From an uncultured Acidobacteriota bacterium (GTDB lineage Bacteria > Acidobacteriota > Thermoanaerobaculia > Multivoradales > UBA5704), in assembly GCA_963700145.1 (NCBI GenBank), contig OY969474.1, positions 2,304,001 to 2,368,000 of the forward strand: a stretch of 64,000 bases of DNA, read 5' to 3'. Both the position numbers and the translations under genes were made by a program. The notes below the pieces were generated by a model. That model worked only from the letters and a program-made list of their open reading frames with translations, was not told the DNA's origin and did not search any database. Shown here piece after piece: positions 58,429 through 64,000 of this stretch (positions are counted from its first letter, which is position 1; every line of letters starts with the position of its first letter).

Positions 58429-59948
58429 GCGAGGCCGCCCCGCTCATCGAGCCCCTCGACGAGCACAACCGGACGCTGATCGAGCACGTCCACCCGCCGG
58501 GCTGGATCAACCCCCGGCCGGCGGCGCGCTACCACCTGGTCGCGGTGGGCGGCGGCACGGCGGGTCTCGTGTCGGCGGCGGGCGCCGCCGGGCTCGGGGC
58601 GCGGGCGGCGCTCGTCGAGCGGTACCTCATGGGGGGCGACTGCCTCAACGTCGGCTGCGTCCCTTCGAAGGCGGTGATCCGCGCCGCCCGCGCCTGGAAG
58701 GAGGCGCGCGAGGCGGCGCGGGAGTTCGGCGGGCCGGCCGCGTCCGGCGGGGGAAGCTTCGCTGCGGCGATGGAGCGGATGCGCCGGCTGCGCGCCGGCA
58801 TCAGCGCCCACGACGGCGCCCGCCGCTTCCAGGGCCTCGGGGTGGACGTCTTCCTGGGCGAGGGGCGCTTCGTCTCGCCCGAGGAGGTCGAGGTGGACGG
58901 CGCCCGCCTCCGCTTCCGCCGCGCCGTCATCGCGACCGGCGGCCGGGCGGCGGTGCCGCCGGTGCCGGGCTTGAAGGAAGCCGGCTACCTCACCAACGAG
59001 ACCGTCTTCTCGCTGACCGACCTGCCCGCCCGCTTCGCGGCCATCGGCGGCGGGCCGATCGGCTGCGAGCTGGCGCAGGCCTTCGCGCGCTTCGGCAGCC
59101 GGGTGACGGTCATCGACATCGCCCCCAAGCTCCTGCCGCGCGAGGACGCCGACGCCGCGGCACTCGTGCAGGCGGCGATGGCCGCCGACGGCATCGCCTT
59201 CGAGCTGGGCGTCAAGATCGCCGAGGTGCGGCGCGGCGAGGGCGGCAAGACCTTGGTCCTCGAGCGCGCCGGCGGCGAGCGGGTGGAGGTCGCGGCCGAC
59301 GAGATTCTGGTCTCGGCCGGCCGGGCGCCGAACGTCGAGGGGTTGGGGCTCGAGGCGGCGGGCGTGCGCTACGGCAAGAAGGGCGTGGAGGTGGACGACC
59401 GCCTCCGCACCAGCAACCCGCGCATCTACGCCGCCGGCGATGTGGCCTCGAAGTACCAGTTCACCCACGTCGCCGACGCCACCGCCCGCATCGTGCTGCA
59501 GAACGCCCTCTTCTTCGGCCGATCGAAGGCGAGCGCGCTGGTCGTGCCCTGGGTGACCTACACCAGCCCCGAGGTCGCGCACGTCGGCCTCTACGAGCAG
59601 GAAGCGAAGGAGGCCGGGCACGAGGTCGAGACGCTGACCGTGCCGCTCTCCGGGGTGGACCGCGCGATCCTCGACGGCGCCGACGAGGGGTTCCTGCGCC
59701 TCCACCTGCTGAAGGGAAGCGACCGCATCCTCGGCGCCACCCTCGTCGCCGAGCACGCCGGCGACATGCTCGGCGAGCTCTGCCTGGCCGTCACCCACCA
59801 GGTCGGCCTGGGCAAGATCGCCGGCGTCATCCACCCCTATCCCACTCAGGGCGAGGTGGTCAAAAAAGCCGCCGACACCTGGCGCCGCGGCAAGCTCACC
59901 CCGGGCGTCCAGAAGCTCTTCGCCCGCTGGTTCAGGGTCTTCAAGTAG
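58425..59948 (+). CDS. Pyridine nucleotide-disulfide oxidoreductase (MerA/LpdA-like, lacks MerA C-terminal Cys pair)
   Basis: GGGTAG, GGDCLNVGCVPSK, GGGPIGCE, AAGDV and IHPYPT motifs. Confidence 0.9.
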   Translation: MSEAAPLIEPLDEHNRTLIEHVHPPGWINPRPAARYHLVAVGGGTAGLVSAAGAAGLGARAALVERYLMGGDCLNVGCVPSKAVIRAARAWKEAREAAREFGGPAASGGGSFAAAMERMRRLRAGISAHDGARRFQGLGVDVFLGEGRFVSPEEVEVDGARLRFRRAVIATGGRAAVPPVPGLKEAGYLTNETVFSLTDLPARFAAIGGGPIGCELAQAFARFGSRVTVIDIAPKLLPREDADAAALVQAAMAADGIAFELGVKIAEVRRGEGGKTLVLERAGGERVEVAADEILVSAGRAPNVEGLGLEAAGVRYGKKGVEVDDRLRTSNPRIYAAGDVASKYQFTHVADATARIVLQNALFFGRSKASALVVPWVTYTSPEVAHVGLYEQEAKEAGHEVETLTVPLSGVDRAILDGADEGFLRLHLLKGSDRILGATLVAEHAGDMLGELCLAVTHQVGLGKIAGVIHPYPTQGEVVKKAADTWRRGKLTPGVQKLFARWFRVFK

Positions 59949-59956
59949 GCGCCAAG

Positions 59957-59992
59957 AAAAAAGGCCGCCCGGCGCGCACGTAACCGGGCGGC
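59957..59992 (-). terminator. Intrinsic terminator downstream of sdh operon
   Basis: Minus strand GCCGCCCGG-loop-CCGGGCGGC, then C and T6. Confidence 0.65.
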
Positions 59993-60125
59993 TGGGGCCG
60001 CCGGTCCGGCGCGCCTCTGGAGGGCGCCCGGACCGCTCGGGTGACACACAAGGCGATTCCACTCTCGGCTTGAAGCGAGAGCGGGGCAATGAGGAGAAGC
60101 CCTCAGTCAGAGGCGGAAGCTCCCC

Positions 60126-60884
60126 TCAGCGGCGCGGTACCACGCCGCGCAGCTTGGCCTTGAGGTAGTCGCGATTCATCCGCGCGATAAAGTCGATCGA
60201 GATCCCCTTCGGGCAGACGGCCTCGCACTCGGCGAAGTTCGAGCAGGCGCCGAAGCCTTCCGTCTCCATCGCCTCGACCATCGCCACCGCGCGCTCGAAG
60301 CGCTCGGGCTGGCCCTGCGGCAGGAGGCCGAGGTGCGAGACCTTGGCCGAGGTGAAGAGCTGCGCCGCGCCGTTCGGGCACTGCGCGACACAGGCGCCGC
60401 AACCGATGCACTCGGCGGCGTCGAAGGCGCGGTCGGCGACCCCCTTGGGGACCGGCACGATGTTGGCCTCGGGGGCGCTGCCGGTCGAGACCGAGATGAA
60501 GCCGCCGGCCTGGATCACCCGGTCGAAGGCGCCGCGGTCCACCACCAAGTCGCGGAGCACCGGGAAGGCCTTCGCCCGCCAGGGCTCGATGTACAGCACG
60601 TCGCCGCTCTTGAAGTGCCGCATGTGGAGCTGGCAGACCGTCGTCTGCGGCAGCGGCCCGTGCGCCACGCCGTTGATGAGGAACCCGCAGGCGCCGCAGA
60701 TCCCTTCGCGGCAGTCGTGGTCGAAGGCGATCGGCTCCGCGCCGCGGGCGGCCAGCTCCTCGTTGACCACGTCGAGCATCTCGAGAAACGAGCTGTCCTC
60801 GTTGACGCCGCGCGCCTCGTAGCGCTCCATCCGCCCGGGCGCGCCGGGGCCCGCCTGCCGCCAGACGTAGAGCGTCAGGTCCAT
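60126..60884 (-). CDS. sdhB: Succinate dehydrogenase/fumarate reductase Fe-S subunit
   Basis: [26 protein letters not shown] and [16 protein letters not shown] at 60884. Confidence 0.95.
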   Translation of the reverse strand: MDLTLYVWRQAGPGAPGRMERYEARGVNEDSSFLEMLDVVNEELAARGAEPIAFDHDCREGICGACGFLINGVAHGPLPQTTVCQLHMRHFKSGDVLYIEPWRAKAFPVLRDLVVDRGAFDRVIQAGGFISVSTGSAPEANIVPVPKGVADRAFDAAECIGCGACVAQCPNGAAQLFTSAKVSHLGLLPQGQPERFERAVAMVEAMETEGFGACSNFAECEAVCPKGISIDFIARMNRDYLKAKLRGVVPRR

Positions 60885-62803
60885 CACTTGTAGCTCCTCC
60901 GGCTGGGCTCTACGAACTCGAAGGCGAGCGGCTCCTTGTGCAGCGCCGGCCGCCGCCCCTCGCCCTGCCACTCCCAGGCGGCAACGTAGGCGAAGCGGTC
61001 GTCGTCGCGCAGCGCCTCCCCCTCCGGCGTCTGGTGCTCCTCGCGGAAGTGGCCGCCGCACGACTCGTCGCGCTCCAGGGCGTCGAGGCACATCAGCTCG
61101 GCGAGCTCGAAGTAGTCGGCCACCCGCCCGGCGCGCTCCAGCTCCTGGTTCAATTCCTCGCCGCTCCCCTGGATGCGCACGTCTTGCCAGTAGCGCTCGC
61201 GCAGGGCCGCGATCTCCTCGCGACCGGCGGCGAGCCCTTGGGCGGTGCGCGAGATGCCGCAGCGGTCCCAGACGATCCGCCCCAGCTCGCGGTGGAAGGA
61301 ATCGACGCTGCGGCTCCCCTTGGCGGCGAGGAGGCGCTCGATCCGCCCGCGCGCTTCGGCCTCGGCGGCGGCGAAAGGCGCGCTCTCGGTCGAGAGCGGC
61401 TCGCCGAGCCGCCCCGCCAGGTCGTCGCCGATCGTGTAGGGGAGGACGAAGTAGCCGTCGGCCAGCCCCTGCATCAGCGCCGAAGCGCCGAGGCGGTTGG
61501 CGCCGTGGTCGGAGAAGTTCGCCTCGCCGAGGACGTAGAGTCCCGGCAGGTTGCTCATCAGGTTGTAGTCCACCCAGAGGCCGCCCATCGTGTAGTGCGG
61601 CGCCGGGTAGATGCGCATCGGCACCTCGTAGGGGTCCTCGCCGGTGATCTTCTGGTACATCTCGAAGAGGTTCCCGTAGCGCTCCTCGATGGTGCGCCGG
61701 CCGAGGCGCTGGATCGCGCCGGCGAAGTCGAGGTAGACGCCGTTCTTCTGGGGGCCGACGCCGCGCCCCTCGTCCACCACCCGCTTGGCGTTGCGCGCCG
61801 CGACGTCGCGCGGCACCAGGTTGCCGAAGGCCGGGTAGCGGCGCTCGAGGTAGTAGTCGCGCTCGCTCTCGGGGATCTGGCTGGGCGGCCGGGTGTCGCC
61901 CGGCTCGAGCGGCACCCAGATCCGCCCGTCGTTGCGCAGCGACTCGCTCATCAGCGTCAGCTTCGACTGGTAGTCGCCGGAGGCCGGGATGCAGGTCGGG
62001 TGGATCTGGGTGAAGCAGGGGTTGGCGAAGAGGGCGCCCTTCCGGTGCGCGCGCCAGATGGCGGTGACGTTCGAGCCCTTGGCGTTGGTCGAGAGGTAGT
62101 AGACGTTGCTGTAGCCGCCGGTCGCCAGCACCACCGCGTGCCCGGCGTGCCGCGCGAGCGCGCCGGTCACGAGGTCGCGGGTGACCAGGCCGCGGGCGCG
62201 GCCGTCGCCGTCGACGACCAGCTCCAGCATCTCGCTGCGCGGCACCATCTCGACCCGCCCCGAGGCGATCTCCTTGCACAGCGCCTGGTAGGCGCCGAGG
62301 AGGAGCTGCTGCCCGGTCTGGCCGCGGGCGTAGAAGGTGCGCGCCACCTGCGCGCCGCCGAAGGAGCGGTTGTCGAGGAGGCCCCCGTACTCGCGCGCGA
62401 AGGGGACGCCCTGCGCCACGCACTGGTCGATGATGTTGAGCGACAGCTCGGCCAGCCGGTAGACGTTCGCCTCGCGCGCCCGGAAGTCGCCCCCCTTGAT
62501 CGTGTCGTAGAAGAGCCGGAAGACGCTGTCGCCGTCGTTGTGGTAGTTCTTGGCGGCGTTGATCCCCCCCTGGGCGGCGATCGAGTGGGCGCGGCGCGGG
62601 CTGTCCTGGAAGCAGAAGCACTTCACGTGGTAGCCGAGCTCCGAGAGGCTCGCCGCGGCCGAGGCGCCGGCCAGCCCCGAGCCCACGACCAGCACCGTGA
62701 ACCGCCGCTTGTTGTTCGGGTTCACCAACCGCAGGTGGTCGCGGTGGCGGAGCCACTTGGTTTCGAGCGGCGGCCCCTGGGGGGCCTTGGCGTCGAGGAC
62801 CAT
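60884..62803 (-). CDS. sdhA: Succinate dehydrogenase/fumarate reductase flavoprotein subunit
   Basis: [36 protein letters not shown] and ESCGGHFR motifs. Confidence 0.96.
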   Translation of the reverse strand: MVLDAKAPQGPPLETKWLRHRDHLRLVNPNNKRRFTVLVVGSGLAGASAAASLSELGYHVKCFCFQDSPRRAHSIAAQGGINAAKNYHNDGDSVFRLFYDTIKGGDFRAREANVYRLAELSLNIIDQCVAQGVPFAREYGGLLDNRSFGGAQVARTFYARGQTGQQLLLGAYQALCKEIASGRVEMVPRSEMLELVVDGDGRARGLVTRDLVTGALARHAGHAVVLATGGYSNVYYLSTNAKGSNVTAIWRAHRKGALFANPCFTQIHPTCIPASGDYQSKLTLMSESLRNDGRIWVPLEPGDTRPPSQIPESERDYYLERRYPAFGNLVPRDVAARNAKRVVDEGRGVGPQKNGVYLDFAGAIQRLGRRTIEERYGNLFEMYQKITGEDPYEVPMRIYPAPHYTMGGLWVDYNLMSNLPGLYVLGEANFSDHGANRLGASALMQGLADGYFVLPYTIGDDLAGRLGEPLSTESAPFAAAEAEARGRIERLLAAKGSRSVDSFHRELGRIVWDRCGISRTAQGLAAGREEIAALRERYWQDVRIQGSGEELNQELERAGRVADYFELAELMCLDALERDESCGGHFREEHQTPEGEALRDDDRFAYVAAWEWQGEGRRPALHKEPLAFEFVEPSRRSYK

Positions 62804-62812
62804 GCCGGGTTC

Positions 62813-63505
62813 CTAGGGGCCGCTCTGGAGGGTGATGAGCCCGCTCCAGACGGCCAGCGGGAAGGAGAGGTTGCCGAGCGTGACGAGCCAGGCGAAGGCG
62901 GCGGCGAACCAGCGCCGCCAGCGGTTGTAGCGCGGGTGGTTCCAGCCCAGCGTCTGGAACATGCTCCAGAGCCCGTGGTAGAGGTGGAGCCCCAGCGCCA
63001 CCTGCGCCGCGGCGTAGAAGAGCGCCACCCACCAGACCCGCAGCCCGGTGACGACGTTGTGGTAGACCGCCCCGGGCATGAACCGCGGGTGCAGCGTGCC
63101 CGTCGTCAGGTGCAGCAGGTGGTAGACGATGAAGAGCAGCAGGATCACCCCGCCCCAGCGCATCGTCCGCGATGCGTAGCTCATCGCCACCGCGTCCCGC
63201 TTCTCGTACCCGACCGGCCGGGCGGCGTAGCTCATCCGCGTCAGCGCCCAAGCCGACCAGACGTGAAGCACGACGGCCACGAGCAGCACCGCGCGCACGA
63301 CCCAGAGCAACCCCTCCGGCGGCACCAGCGGCGACCCCACCTCGCGCAGGAACCCGGCATACGCATCGAGCTTCTGAGGCCCCTCGTAGAGCTTGAGGTT
63401 CCCCAGCATGTGGAGGAGGACGTACCCGAAGAGGACGATCCCGGAGACGGCCATCACCGCCTTCTTGCCGACGGCGGAGCGGGTGAGGTCGCGGAACCAG
63501 GACAT
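62813..63505 (-). CDS. sdhC: Succinate dehydrogenase cytochrome b subunit
   Basis: [21 protein letters not shown] and [14 protein letters not shown]; about 5 TM segments. Confidence 0.93.
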   Translation of the reverse strand: MSWFRDLTRSAVGKKAVMAVSGIVLFGYVLLHMLGNLKLYEGPQKLDAYAGFLREVGSPLVPPEGLLWVVRAVLLVAVVLHVWSAWALTRMSYAARPVGYEKRDAVAMSYASRTMRWGGVILLLFIVYHLLHLTTGTLHPRFMPGAVYHNVVTGLRVWWVALFYAAAQVALGLHLYHGLWSMFQTLGWNHPRYNRWRRWFAAAFAWLVTLGNLSFPLAVWSGLITLQSGP

Positions 63506-63565
63506 GGGCGGGGCGTATCCTATCCGCGCATGGCGCGGACGCAGATGTCCTAGGCATCTAGACCG

Positions 63566-63760
63566 TCAGCGCCGGCCGAAAGCCAGGGCCGCCCGAATGT
63601 CCTCGCGCTCCAGGTAAGGGTAAGCCCGAAGGACTTCCTCTTCGGAGTGTCCCGCCGCGAGGAGGCCAAGGATGGTCTCGACGGCCACGCGCATTCCGCG
63701 GATGCAGGGCTTGCCTCCCATGACTTCCGGGTCTACGGTCACTCGCTCCAGCTCCTGCAT
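63566..63760 (-). CDS. DUF433 family antitoxin (orphan, short)
   Basis: VTVDPEVMGGKPCIRGMRV...YPYLEREDIRAAL. Confidence 0.88.
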   Translation of the reverse strand: MQELERVTVDPEVMGGKPCIRGMRVAVETILGLLAAGHSEEEVLRAYPYLEREDIRAALAFGRR

Positions 63761-63807
63761 CGGGCGGATATCCTATCCATCACATAGCACCATTCACGAG
63801 GTGACGC

Positions 63808-64000
63808 TTGCCGAAGCCAAGAAACAAGGCGACCTCAGCAAGAGCCAGCAGTGCCAACGTTGGCTACGAGGCGCAGCTCTGGCAGATGGCCGATGCCCTG
63901 CGCGGCAGCATGGACGCCGCTGAGTACAAGCACGTCGTCCTCGGCCTGCTCTTCCTCAAGTACATCTCCGACGCCTTTGAGGAGCAGCACGCGACCCTCG
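63808..64000 (+). CDS. hsdM: Type I restriction-modification methyltransferase HsdM, N-terminus (runs off window)
   Basis: Missing from the ORF track. TTG at 63808 after GAGGTG gives ...[43 protein letters not shown]. Confidence 0.9.
   Translation, partial: MPKPRNKATSARASSANVGYEAQLWQMADALRGSMDAAEYKHVVLGLLFLKYISDAFEEQHATL

Noticed and set aside
58425-59948. Mercury resistance (merA) call
   Set aside because: No C-terminal Cys-Cys pair or NmerA domain and no mer genes; pairing with a TVP38/DedA gene is a common arrangement.

Overview
A 64-kb stretch of a very GC-rich bacterial chromosome. The gene set (DUF4388/DUF1844, TIGR02999-type ECF sigma with a TPR kinase, HspR-regulated dnaK, 'TGTCATCCTGAGCG' REP family) suggests Acidobacteriota, Thermoanaerobaculia-like; this is an inference. 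About 57 genes are mostly housekeeping or envelope related: deoC, SPOR/SpoIID lipoprotein, DnaC-like ATPase, hspR-hsp20-dnaK, mazG, tesA/ybbAP, yfhO, envC-S41-yibQ, AlkP-family proteins, prenyl synthase, RsbV/RsbW, BlaI/M56, acyl-CoA dehydrogenase-glpX-dcd, MFS, mpg, recD2, two ECF modules, uppP, rmlB/rmlC/DUF4301, subtilisin, glnA, sdhCAB and the start of a type I RM hsdM. I saw no tRNA, rRNA, CRISPR array or transposase. The most unusual signals are non-coding. (1) Two inverted copies of a ~160-nt structured element flank ybbAP; the cores are conserved while the perfectly paired closing stems differ, and each copy sits beside a REP arm. (2) Around each copy is a ~1-kb halo of strand-specific cytosine loss whose polarity follows element orientation. 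(3) A GTAG-REP is nested inside another REP. (4) There is a 21-bp-period palindrome array. (5) A ~76-nt sRNA candidate after uppP has its own promoter and terminator. Other points of interest are fused orphan antitoxins with toxin scars, a catalytically dead S41 protease, a knottin-tailed subtilisin and DUF4301 in the rmlA/rmlD slot. The 43-48 kb region (poly-G block, many 1-bp indels) looks like low-quality long-read consensus.
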